From Planctomycetota bacterium (lineage in GTDB: Bacteria; Planctomycetota; B15-G4; JADJEK01): DNA of 64,000 bases. The notes beneath the pieces were generated by a model. It did not search any database. It saw nothing but the letters and a program-made list of their open reading frames with translations, and was not told where the DNA came from. The position numbers and the translations under genes were made by a program. The first letter of the stretch is position 1. Every line of letters begins with the position of its first letter. Positions 55,066 through 64,000 of the stretch are shown here, piece after piece. The stretch lies in the NCBI GenBank assembly GCA_044225365.1, contig JBGAIQ010000010.1:93095-157094 (forward strand), in the 5' to 3' direction.

Positions 55066-57368
55066 ACGACGCTCGGACGGACGAGACCGAAACCGACTGC
55101 GACGTCGAACCGCAGATCCTGCCGCGGGACTGGAGTCGCGTCCCGTTCGTGATCGGGAATCTCGGAGCCTCCGCGATCATCGACCTCGCGAAGAGCCGGC
55201 CGCTTGCGAGCGACCCACTCCTCGGCAAGCTCGATCGCTACGCCGCGCTCGGCGTCGACGCCATCGAGGACTACATCGGCTGGAGCGTCGTCGAGCCGCG
55301 TGAAGGCGAGCTCGACTTCTCCCGACACCGCGAGCATCGCGACGCGGTACGCCGTCTCGGCATGCAGTACGTCGCGTATCCGTGGATGCACGCGCTGCCA
55401 TCGTTCATCGCCGACGAGAGTCGTTTCGAGCCGTTCCGATGCCTCGAGCACGGACTCGCGACGATCCATCCCTCGATCTTCGCTCCGTCCACGCTCGAAC
55501 TCTTCGACCGCTTCTATGCGTTGCTCGCGCGCGGTTTCGACGGCGATCTGCCCGCGATCACGCTCGCCATGCCGTGCGACTACGGCGAAGTCGGTTACCC
55601 GACGGGAATGGGCGCCTGGGTCCTGAACGGCGATTCGGACGCGGTCCATCGCCATGCCGGATTCTGGTGCGGCGACGATCATGCACTCTCCGATTTCCGC
55701 CAGCGGATGCTGCACCGCTTCGGATCGCTCGACGCGGTCAACGCGGTCTTCGGCACCAGCTTCGCCCGCGAAGACGATCTGCGGCCGCTTCCGCCTCCTC
55801 ATCTCGACGTTCACAGCGATCGATTCCGCTTCGAGCTCATCGAGTGGTATCGCGAGGCGGTGCTGCGCTTCCTGCGATCGCTCGTCCTCATCGTGCGTCG
55901 CCACTTCCCGAGTTCGCGACTCGCGATCAAGTGCGGCTACGGGGGTGAACTCGCCTGCTTCGGGCAGGACTACGCGCGTCTCGTCCCGCTCGCGCGCGAG
56001 CTCGGTCTCACGATCTGGTCGACGCACGGCACGCTTCCCACCGTCTTCCACAAGCGAATCGCGACGCTCTGCCGGGTGCATGGCGTGCCCTACTTCACGG
56101 AGTCGCCGTCCGAACGGTCGCGGGAGCAGGTGCGCGACCGCCTGTTCGAGGACGCCGCCGAAGGCTCACGCGGGTTCTTCGAATTCAGTGATACCTTCGA
56201 TGCGTTCGAGAGCGATTTCCTCGCTCATCGCCATCTGCTCCGCGGCGAGACGCCCAGCATCGAATTCGCTGTCCTCTTCCACTCGACGGCGCAGATGCTC
56301 GAGCCCGGGCGTTCCCTGCCGCCCGGACTCGTCGCGATCGGCGAGGAGCTGCGCGATCTCGTCGACTACGACGTCATCGACGAGGAAACCGCTGCGATCG
56401 CCCCGTTGGGGCGATATTCAGTCCTCCTCGTCCCCGATCCCGGACCCGCATTCGCGCCAGCGATTGCAGCGCTCGAACGCTACGTCGAACAGGGCGGAAT
56501 CGTCGTCGTCGCCGCGAGCCCGGATCTGCAGCCGATCGGCGGACGGGCCGCGTTCCTAGCGTCGCGACCCGATCTCTCGATCCACCTGCCTCCGGGCGAG
56601 TTGAAGAGCGTCGCGACGCGCGAGTACGACGCTATCGCGTTCGGATCGGGAACGGACGAATGGGCGCTCTTCGGCGATCACCTGGGGCCCGAGCGAGCCG
56701 ATGCGTACTTCGGTACGCGAGCGCATCCCTACTCGCGTTGGATCGGCTCTCACGCCGGGTTTCGCATGCCGCGTCCGCTCTCGGACGATGCCATCCTGGA
56801 GATCACTCTCTTCGCGGATCCACGCGCATTGACGATTCCATACGTCGTGACGTGCGATGGCGCGGAGATCGCGCGAATCACGGAGCCCGGTGCGCAGACT
56901 CTCGAGTTCACGCTCGGGCCGCGCTCGGTGGAAGACCGCGCCCACTTCGAGATCGCTTTCCAAGGCACGCCCTTTCGCCCCGCGGATGACGGTAGCCCGG
57001 ATCGCCGCGCACTCGGCCTCTTGTTGCATCGCGCGACGACACGCCCCTACGACGGAACATCGACGGCTCCGACTCCGACGGGGCCCGCGCTCTACGCGAG
57101 ACTCGATCCAAGATCGTTGCTCACGACGCGGTTCACGTCGCGCGGACGCGGCGGCGTGCTGCTCGCGCCCGCGAACGATCGCATGGCGCTCGTCGCGGCG
57201 GCGCTCTGCGCGTTCGAACATCGCAGCGCCTTCGTTCAGGGCGCAACGGAGCCGACGCCCCGCAGCATTCCGATCGGTGTCAGGGTCGTCTCGTCTCGGG
57301 ATCGCACGATCACGTATCACCGAAACGAAGCCGTGCGCAGCATCGTCGAACTGCCGCGACTCGTGTGA
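55062..57368 (+). CDS. TIM-barrel glycoside hydrolase-like protein (GH14/GH42-like) with trimerisation-like and beta-sandwich domains
   Basis: GTG overlaps the upstream TGA; LGVDAIEDYIGWSVVEPREGELDFS, FWCGDDHALSDFR, FGSLDAVNAVFGTSF, DYDVIDE, LERYVEQGG. Confidence 0.72.
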   Translation: MNDARTDETETDCDVEPQILPRDWSRVPFVIGNLGASAIIDLAKSRPLASDPLLGKLDRYAALGVDAIEDYIGWSVVEPREGELDFSRHREHRDAVRRLGMQYVAYPWMHALPSFIADESRFEPFRCLEHGLATIHPSIFAPSTLELFDRFYALLARGFDGDLPAITLAMPCDYGEVGYPTGMGAWVLNGDSDAVHRHAGFWCGDDHALSDFRQRMLHRFGSLDAVNAVFGTSFAREDDLRPLPPPHLDVHSDRFRFELIEWYREAVLRFLRSLVLIVRRHFPSSRLAIKCGYGGELACFGQDYARLVPLARELGLTIWSTHGTLPTVFHKRIATLCRVHGVPYFTESPSERSREQVRDRLFEDAAEGSRGFFEFSDTFDAFESDFLAHRHLLRGETPSIEFAVLFHSTAQMLEPGRSLPPGLVAIGEELRDLVDYDVIDEETAAIAPLGRYSVLLVPDPGPAFAPAIAALERYVEQGGIVVVAASPDLQPIGGRAAFLASRPDLSIHLPPGELKSVATREYDAIAFGSGTDEWALFGDHLGPERADAYFGTRAHPYSRWIGSHAGFRMPRPLSDDAILEITLFADPRALTIPYVVTCDGAEIARITEPGAQTLEFTLGPRSVEDRAHFEIAFQGTPFRPADDGSPDRRALGLLLHRATTRPYDGTSTAPTPTGPALYARLDPRSLLTTRFTSRGRGGVLLAPANDRMALVAAALCAFEHRSAFVQGATEPTPRSIPIGVRVVSSRDRTITYHRNEAVRSIVELPRLV

Positions 57369-57378
57369 AGCAGGCGCC

Positions 57379-58017
57379 TCAGCCCGCGACGCAGAACGCC
57401 CGCGCGTAGCACCGAGCCATCGTCCAGATCTCTCGACATTGCGCCTCGAAGGTCTGGTTGCCGACGGCGATCCGCACGAATTGCGGTACGTGGATCGCGA
57501 TCCATCGCCGCTTGTCGTCTCCGACGCGTGCGATCTGGAACTGCAGTGCGCCCAGCTTGCGAAGTCTCGCGCGCAGCGCCCGATCCGCGACGAGGACGAT
57601 CCAGTCGACGGCCTTCTCCTCGAGGTACATTGCGAGCGTCGCGAGCAGGGTGCATGTCCCACCGTCGGTTCCGGTCGTGAGCGACTCGACCTCGACGATT
57701 CGCTTCCGGTCGATCGCACGCCCTGACACTCGGGCGAGCTCGAGCTCGAGCGGGCGGGAGAGCGAGGATTCGACCGGAAGCGGACCATCGACCGCAGAAA
57801 CGAATCCCGCGACGCTGATGAGGTTGCCCATCGCGTCCTGGAGGCCCATCAGCACTCCGTGTTTCGCCGGGCCGCGGGGGCTGCCGTTCGGGCCGTCGTT
57901 CCGGGATTCAGATTCGATGAAGCGCTCGAGACGGGCGCGATCGGGATGGTCGCCGCTCCGGAAGAGGACGCTCGTTTCGGCAAGCGGATGACGGTTCTCG
58001 AACGATTCGGGCGACAT
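57379..58017 (-). CDS. Thermostable hemolysin (GNAT-like) family protein
   Basis: RARLERFI, GPLPVESSLSRPLE, IDRKRIVEVESL, DWIVLVADRALRARLRKLG; GGAGG RBS. Confidence 0.7.
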   Translation of the reverse strand: MSPESFENRHPLAETSVLFRSGDHPDRARLERFIESESRNDGPNGSPRGPAKHGVLMGLQDAMGNLISVAGFVSAVDGPLPVESSLSRPLELELARVSGRAIDRKRIVEVESLTTGTDGGTCTLLATLAMYLEEKAVDWIVLVADRALRARLRKLGALQFQIARVGDDKRRWIAIHVPQFVRIAVGNQTFEAQCREIWTMARCYARAFCVAG

Positions 58018-58175
58018 GGGGAGACCTCCGGAACGACGACGGGCCGATCATGCCCGACGCACGGCCCGGCGTCCCTGACGTCGCAATGACCGTTCGTTCA
58101 GGGAATTCACTCGTTGTTCGGATCCCGCACCGGACTCGACCAATTCTCCGGCCGTGGCCGTACAATTCGACGAGC

Positions 58176-59159
58176 ATGTCCGAAACCGACGATCGAGAAG
58201 AACCCGACGAGCCGAACGACGAATCCGAGTCGTGGCGCGATCCCGATGACCGAGAGGACGGGGATTCCGCTGACGAGAAGATGGCTCGCCCGAGCCGTTT
58301 CGATCCCGAACGCTGGCTGCGGCGGCTCGACTTCGTCCTGCAGCGCCACGAATTCCCCACCGAACGCTCTTTCCGCCGATTCCTCGAGTCCGAGGTCCAT
58401 CAACGCAATGCCGAAGCGCTCGACGAGGTGATGACCATCGAGGAGGAGGCGCAGGAACTCGCGTATCTCGCGCTCGAGGCCGAGGACGACACGACGGCCG
58501 AAACGTACGCCCGCGACGCGATCGCGCTCGACCCGGATTGCGTCGACGCCCGCGTGCTGCTCTCGTTCTTCACGACCGACGATCTCGATGAGCGAATCTG
58601 GTTGCTCGAACGCGCGGTCGACTGCGGCCGCTGGCGATTCGAATCGGCGAAGACGGGCGACTTCCGCGACTACTATCTCCAACGCATCGAAGCCAAGCCC
58701 TTGCAGCGCTCGCTCCACTCGCTCGCCGAGACCTTGATGGAAGCCGGCGAGGAGGACGAGGCCGAGAAGCTGTTCGAGGAGAGCAGCCAACTCCCCCTCG
58801 AGGAGGAGGACGACGTGCTCTATCTGTGCGCGGCGTTCATGCTGCGCATCGGCAAGCTCGAGAAAGCGCGGCACACGATCGAGCGCTTGCCCGTCGACGA
58901 CGCGGCCCGCGACTGGTGCGAAGTGCTCGAGCGCTTCCTGGCGGGTGAACGCGACGAAGCGGAGTCTCTGCTCGCGCAGGCCCGCACGCGGAACTTTTAC
59001 GTCGAACAGTTCCTGACCGGCGACACCGAGTTGCCCGCTCCCACGAAAGTCACCCCCGAGATGTCGGAGGAACAAGACGACGCGATTTGGATCGCGAGCA
59101 TGCTCCGCCCCGCCTGGGAAGCTCATCCCGAGGCATTGGAGTGGCTACGCGCTCGTTGA
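58176..59159 (+). CDS. Acidic TPR-like hypothetical protein
   Basis: EAQELAYLALEA, AIALDPDCVDARVLL, AWEAHPEALEWLR; TACAAT just upstream of the ATG. Confidence 0.75.
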   Translation: MSETDDREEPDEPNDESESWRDPDDREDGDSADEKMARPSRFDPERWLRRLDFVLQRHEFPTERSFRRFLESEVHQRNAEALDEVMTIEEEAQELAYLALEAEDDTTAETYARDAIALDPDCVDARVLLSFFTTDDLDERIWLLERAVDCGRWRFESAKTGDFRDYYLQRIEAKPLQRSLHSLAETLMEAGEEDEAEKLFEESSQLPLEEEDDVLYLCAAFMLRIGKLEKARHTIERLPVDDAARDWCEVLERFLAGERDEAESLLAQARTRNFYVEQFLTGDTELPAPTKVTPEMSEEQDDAIWIASMLRPAWEAHPEALEWLRAR

Positions 59160-59236
59160 CCGCGTCGTAAATCGGCACGCGAGCTTCGGCTCTCCTTTGC
59201 GACCGAGGGCCGCGGGCCTCCACTGAGCTGTCTGGG

Positions 59237-59604
59237 CCTCGGTGGAAACTCCGCATCGTTCCCCGAAAGTGCACGCGGGAAGGCTGAAGCGAGCGGCGCG
59301 GCCGTCCGTGAGGAGGACGCGGGTCGTTTCACACGGAGGACCACGGAGGTCAGAGGAGGTCCACGGAGGTCGGAGAAGAACGACGTCAGAGAAGGGGCCG
59401 TCCGCACACGCGATGCGATCGAAGCTCCTCGGCAACCGCGTTCGTCGAGACCGTCGAGCCAGCCCCCTTTTCATGCTTCCTGTCCTCCGTGGGCCTCCTC
59501 TGTCCTCCGTGAACCTCCGTGGCAATCTCCGCATCGTTCCCCGAGAGTGCACGCGGGAATCCACGAGCGCGCGTCACGGCTGTCCGAGAGGATGACGCGG
59601 GCCG
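59237..59604. repeat. MITE-like element with 38-bp inverted repeats, interleaved with ~90-bp imperfect direct repeats
   Basis: IR 59332-59369 / 59484-59521 (CACGGAGG modules); DR 59237-59326 / 59514-59604 (CTCCGCATCGTTCCCCGARAGTGCACGCGGGAA...GACGCGGG). Confidence 0.75.
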
Positions 59605-59605
59605 A

Positions 59606-60973
59606 TCACTCGAAGAGGTGCGCGAGCAGCAATGCCGACACGTCGACGGCGCGCACTCGGTCGCGCGCGAGCGAGCGCCGCGTGCTGACGAAGATCGGTT
59701 TCTCGTCGTCGTGATCGGGCAAGCGACCGTGTGAACCGCGGACTCCCGACGCATCGAGAGAGATCACGTCCATCGTGTAGCGGAAACCGAGGAGCTTCCG
59801 CGCGAGGATGCTCGCGACCTTGAGCTTCGGCAGGACGATCTGCGGATCGACGAACAGCTCGACCGGGTCGTACCCCGGTTTCTTGTGGATGTCGACCGTG
59901 CGCGCGAAGTCGGGGGCCCTCGCGTCGTCCATCCAGTAGTAGTAGGTGAACCAGCGATCCTTCGCCGCGATCAGCACGAGTTCGCCGGAGCGTTCGTGGT
60001 CGATGCCGAATTCACGCTTTCCCGAAGCGTCGAGTACGCGTTCGACGCCGTCGAGCTTCTCCAGCAGGATCTTCAAAGCGGGCACGTCCCGTTCGTCCTT
60101 CACGTAGACGTGCGCCACTTGATGATCCGCGACGGCGAACGCGCGGGACACACCGGCATCGAGCAACTCACCGACTTGATTGTCCTGGGCGCGCAGATAA
60201 CCGGCCTCGCGGAGCGCGCGATTCACGTGCACCGGGCCGCGGACGTTCGTGATCCCGTACTCCGAGAGGACGACGACGTCGTAGCCCTTCCCCCGCGCAT
60301 GATCGGCGAGATCGGCGGCGACGTCGTCGATCGCCTTCACCTGCGCCGGGATCTTCGGGTCGGTGGGCCCGAAACGCTGGAGGTCGTAATCGAGATGCGG
60401 AAGGTAGACGAGACACAGTGAGGGCTTCGCCCGATCGAGGATCGCACGCGCGGAGTTCGCGATCCACTGCGAGGAGCGAATGCCCGCCCGCGGGCCCCAG
60501 AAGTCGAACAACGGAAAGGCACCGAGCTTCTCGTTCAGTTCGCCCTTCAACTCCGGCGGATCCGTCCAGATGTCGGCCGCCTTCTTGCCGTCCGCGAAGT
60601 ACGCGGGACGCGGCGTCACGGCGATGTCGAATTCGCCGTACATCGCGTACCACCAGAACAGGTACGCACAGGTGAATGCCGGATCGCGGCGCTTCGCGAC
60701 CTGCCACAGCTTGTCGCCCTGCACCAGCCGATTCGACTGGCGCCACAGCCACACCTCCGACAGATCCCGAAAGTACCAGCCGTTCCCGACGATGCCGTGC
60801 CCGCTCGGCAAGGCGCCGGTGAGGAATGTCGACTGCACCGTCGTCGTGACGGCGGGGAACACCGTTTCGACGGGCGCGGAGAAGCCGCTCTCGCCGAGTG
60901 CGGCAAGACGCGGCGCGTGCGTGAGGAGCGTGCGGTCGAGACCGACGACGTCGAGGACGAGCAGTGGCTTCAC
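59606..60973 (-). CDS. Alkaline phosphatase superfamily nucleotide pyrophosphatase/phosphodiesterase (EboF-like)
   Basis: LDVVGL, FPAVTTTVQSTFLTG, HGIVGNGWY, YLPHLDYDLQRFG, LSEYGI, DFARTVDIHKKPGYDPVELF, GSHG. Confidence 0.9.
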   Translation of the reverse strand: MKPLLVLDVVGLDRTLLTHAPRLAALGESGFSAPVETVFPAVTTTVQSTFLTGALPSGHGIVGNGWYFRDLSEVWLWRQSNRLVQGDKLWQVAKRRDPAFTCAYLFWWYAMYGEFDIAVTPRPAYFADGKKAADIWTDPPELKGELNEKLGAFPLFDFWGPRAGIRSSQWIANSARAILDRAKPSLCLVYLPHLDYDLQRFGPTDPKIPAQVKAIDDVAADLADHARGKGYDVVVLSEYGITNVRGPVHVNRALREAGYLRAQDNQVGELLDAGVSRAFAVADHQVAHVYVKDERDVPALKILLEKLDGVERVLDASGKREFGIDHERSGELVLIAAKDRWFTYYYWMDDARAPDFARTVDIHKKPGYDPVELFVDPQIVLPKLKVASILARKLLGFRYTMDVISLDASGVRGSHGRLPDHDDEKPIFVSTRRSLARDRVRAVDVSALLLAHLFE

Positions 60974-61016
60974 GCGGCACTCACCTCGCTCGCCGATGCC
61001 TCTGCCCGAAGGTTCG

Positions 61017-61673
61017 TCACTTCGGCAGACGAGGCGCGCGCAGACCGTTCACGAGATCGGTCTCGCTCGGCGAATACTGCGCGATGAGGTCGGAGCAGAA
61101 GAGCCGCAGTTCGTAGTCGTCGGCGAAGTCGACCTTGGGCTGCATCGCCTTCTTGACCGCGGCATCCGACGGAGCGACGGCCCCGCTCTTGATCGCGAAG
61201 GCCAGCTCCTTCTCGATCTTCGCCGCGTCGACCTGCTCGGGAAGTGCCGGCGTACCGAAGAACATCACGGCCTTCGATAGATCGAGATCCGGCGAGCCAT
61301 CGGCCTTCGCACCCGTGGGCACGATCACGACCAGGCGACCGGACTCATGGCCGAGGTTCACTCGTTCCGCGGTCTGTTGACCGACGACGAGCACGGGTTC
61401 CGCGGATTGGCGCGGATGAACGAGTTCGGGATCGACCTCGAGCACGAGGACGTAGCCGGTCTTGTACTGCGGCTGCTCCTTGCGCCAGTAGTGCGTCGCC
61501 GCGGTTTCGAGCGAGAACGGTCGGGCATACCCGAGCGCGACTTGGCTCTTCGCGGGATTGGCGGGGAGTGGCGGCGGCGAGTCGGAGAGCAGCGGCTTCA
61601 CCCACGCGTTGAGCGCGGGGACGGCGACGGCGAGGAGGACGGCGGCGGTGAGGAGTTTGCTCTTGCGGTTCAT
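61017..61673 (-). CDS. Secreted hypothetical protein
   Basis: GAGG RBS; signal peptide MNRKSKLLTAAVLLAVAVPALNA; directly follows the upstream hydrolase. Confidence 0.75.
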   Translation of the reverse strand: MNRKSKLLTAAVLLAVAVPALNAWVKPLLSDSPPPLPANPAKSQVALGYARPFSLETAATHYWRKEQPQYKTGYVLVLEVDPELVHPRQSAEPVLVVGQQTAERVNLGHESGRLVVIVPTGAKADGSPDLDLSKAVMFFGTPALPEQVDAAKIEKELAFAIKSGAVAPSDAAVKKAMQPKVDFADDYELRLFCSDLIAQYSPSETDLVNGLRAPRLPK

Positions 61674-61690
61674 GTTGGCCTCGACGTCCA

Positions 61691-64000
61691 TCAATCCTTG
61701 GTGAGCTCGACATCGTCGAGACCGAGACGACCCTGAGCGTTCCCGAACGAGGGACCGAAGTCCAGCTCGACCGAGACGATCCTCGAGAGCTCGACGTGCG
61801 ACGCATTGGATTGGAAGTCCGTGAGTCGCAGCCGAATCGTCTCGAATTCATTGCCCCAGCCCGCGCCCGAACCGCAGCTCGTTCGCTGGTAGGGCTCCTC
61901 GATTCCACCGCCGCCCGCTCCGATGTTGATCGAGCCGCTGTGGCCGTACGCATCCGTGAGCTTGACGCTGAACGTGAGATCGCCGAGGACGGCGGTCGTC
62001 AGCGGATTGCGAGTCGCCTGGCAGGCGCGAAGCGACAAATACTTGAAGGACGAGAAGTCCTGATTCGCCTGCGGCAGCGAGTACTGGATGAACGCGTCCA
62101 CGTTGTTGAACTCGAACACCGCTCCGCGGGTCGAGTCGCTCGGCCCCGCTTCGGTGAACCCGTTCCACACGTCCGTCGCGTTGTTCGTGAAGTCTGAGTT
62201 GCTGTCGTTCATCACGCCTTCGGTGAGACTCGCGACGCTGGATGTTACGGACGCGCCGCTGCTCGCGAGATTCGTCGCAGCATTGGTCTGGAAGTCGTCG
62301 ATCACGAACTTGCCGGTATCGGGCGATTCCCGATATTGCAGGTCGACGACGCAGCACGGATTCGTGAACGGCGCGCCGATCGGATGGAGATCTTCCCACT
62401 GGCGAGTGAGGAAGTCCTTCGCCGGGATGTTGCCCTCGATGTGGTACTTCACGAGCGGCAGGAAGTAGCCGAGGATCTCGAGGTGCGCATTCGGCTTGCC
62501 CATCTGACACGGGCCGGTAGCGACGGATCCAGTGGAGTCGTGGAAGTCGCCGTGACCGACCCCGTGCAGCTCGGTCGACTGACGGTTCTTCGTCGCGCGC
62601 TCGAGCAGGTGATAGGTCTGAGCGACGTCGTTGCTCGCGCAGCCGTTCACGTCGTTGTCGGAACCGCCGGTCCACAAGTGGTAGTCGACGCCTTGCGGAT
62701 TCGACTGACCCGCGCCGAGGAAGTCCGTGGGCGCCATGCTCGACAGCAGCTTGATGTCGGAGAGCACGTAGTTCGTCGGAACGTACGCCCCGCTGAAGAT
62801 GCGCTGATATGCGCGACAGATGCCCTCACCGCCGCGGCTGTGCCCGATCCACGTCGTGTGATGCGAATCGACGTGCCCCAGCAACGCTCCGCCCGCGATC
62901 GTCGAGAGGTGCGAGAGGAAGTAATCGTTGTTGGTGAGCGTCGTGGTGGACGCCGTCTCGATGCCCGGCGCCGTGTTGTTCTCGTGGCTCATCACGATGT
63001 AGCCGTAGGACGCGAGGTGATTGCCGATGTAGTCGTACCACTGATAATTGTGGCCGTTGCCGTGGCTGATCGTGACGAGGGGGAGTTGACCGAGCGATGC
63101 GATGTTCGTCGGGTAGTAGAGATCCTGACCGAGCCAGGTACCGCCCGAGTAGATGACTTCTGTCACCGCGTACGGTCCGGGCTTCGTGAGGTCGTGGACC
63201 ACGTACAGACCGGCCTCATCCCCGTAGCCGTCGATGACGTCGCCGGGCCCGAGGAAGCCGTCCTGATCGAGGTCGAGCACGACGTCGTAGCCGACGCCGA
63301 TGCTCGCGCCCGCCTGGCCCGACAGCGAGCCCGCGTCGAGGGTGAACGTGTCGTTCTGGATCGTGCCGGCGGTGAACTGCACCACGTCCGCGCCGTTCGC
63401 CGTGACGTCGACGAGCGAGCGATCGGAATCCCACGCCGCCACGTCCTTCTTGGCGACCACGTAGGCCTTCGCGGTCTGGCCGACGACGAACGGAAAGCGC
63501 CCGGGATCGATCGCGATCTGGATCGAGTCGAGCCCTTGGTTGAACGCCCGCACGTATTCGAAGAAGGGACTCGTCGCGAGCGACTTGCCGGCGAGATCGG
63601 TATTGCGGAACGGGAGCGCGCCGAACTGAACGCTCGCACCGTTGCTGAAATCGATCCCGAACAGCGCGTTCGAGTCGAGGACGACCGCCGTCGCGAAGAC
63701 GTTGCGACCGTCGAGCGCCGGATCGTTCGGCAGGGCGAAGTTGAACGTCACACTGCCCGAGCCCGGCAGATTCCCGATCGGATAGACCTGGACGAGCGAG
63801 GAGAACTCGACGTCGAGCGTCCGTCCAAGATAGTTCGTGGGACCGGAGAAGGCGTCGACGATGAGGTACGCCGGCTGACCGGGCGCGCCGGTCACCGTCA
63901 CGTTCATCGAACTGCCGATCTGGCGAAGGACCGAGTCCTTGCCGTCGAACTTCAGGGTTGCCGCCGATGCGGATGCTGCAAGAAGGGCCGAGCTCGTGGC
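61691..64000 (-). CDS. Large secreted alpha/beta hydrolase (chlorophyllase/lipase-like); 5' end beyond the window
   Basis: Frame open to the window edge, where it reads ATSSALLAASASAA (end of a signal peptide); PLVTISHGNG, HLASYGYIV, nucleophile GHSRGG, DNDV, GHGDFH. Confidence 0.82.
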   Translation of the reverse strand, partial: ATSSALLAASASAATLKFDGKDSVLRQIGSSMNVTVTGAPGQPAYLIVDAFSGPTNYLGRTLDVEFSSLVQVYPIGNLPGSGSVTFNFALPNDPALDGRNVFATAVVLDSNALFGIDFSNGASVQFGALPFRNTDLAGKSLATSPFFEYVRAFNQGLDSIQIAIDPGRFPFVVGQTAKAYVVAKKDVAAWDSDRSLVDVTANGADVVQFTAGTIQNDTFTLDAGSLSGQAGASIGVGYDVVLDLDQDGFLGPGDVIDGYGDEAGLYVVHDLTKPGPYAVTEVIYSGGTWLGQDLYYPTNIASLGQLPLVTISHGNGHNYQWYDYIGNHLASYGYIVMSHENNTAPGIETASTTTLTNNDYFLSHLSTIAGGALLGHVDSHHTTWIGHSRGGEGICRAYQRIFSGAYVPTNYVLSDIKLLSSMAPTDFLGAGQSNPQGVDYHLWTGGSDNDVNGCASNDVAQTYHLLERATKNRQSTELHGVGHGDFHDSTGSVATGPCQMGKPNAHLEILGYFLPLVKYHIEGNIPAKDFLTRQWEDLHPIGAPFTNPCCVVDLQYRESPDTGKFVIDDFQTNAATNLASSGASVTSSVASLTEGVMNDSNSDFTNNATDVWNGFTEAGPSDSTRGAVFEFNNVDAFIQYSLPQANQDFSSFKYLSLRACQATRNPLTTAVLGDLTFSVKLTDAYGHSGSINIGAGGGGIEEPYQRTSCGSGAGWGNEFETIRLRLTDFQSNASHVELSRIVSVELDFGPSFGNAQGRLGLDDVELTKD

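Overview
High-GC, gene-dense bacterial window with about 43 CDS. A DUF1501 gene next to a PSD1/planctomycete cytochrome c gene, a PVC-type CxxCH/HEAT protein, a long-form GreA and prenyltransferase/squalene-repeat proteins point to a PVC-superphylum organism, most likely Planctomycetota (inference). Housekeeping genes: rmlC, mgtE, thyA-folA, greA-like. No rRNA, tRNA, CRISPR array, integrase or transposase was recognised. Best candidate for an undescribed system: a tightly packed minus-strand operon (19249-29522, preceded by an FGE/SUMF1-fold gene lacking catalytic cysteines). It encodes an ExbB/TolQ plus two ExbD/TolR proton-motor subunits, two secreted TPR proteins, a Zn-ribbon bitopic protein and a protein with a TonB/TolA-type SxxxH transmembrane helix and Pro/Gly linker whose C-terminus is a terpene-cyclase-like (alpha/alpha) toroid rather than a TonB_C domain. 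The parts list parallels the Myxococcus Agl-Glt apparatus. Two more toroid paralogs (47343-50263) sit inside an array of four diverged secreted beta-sandwich paralogs. Other notable items: an S9 peptidase with an inserted VHL beta-domain that keeps the hydroxyproline-pocket residues, a radical SAM enzyme with its SPASM/twitch domain at the N-terminus, two REP families with compensatory stem changes, a MITE-like nested repeat, and several apparently leaderless genes. All family calls come from motif recognition by eye, not database searches; start codons were chosen from RBS or -10 context.
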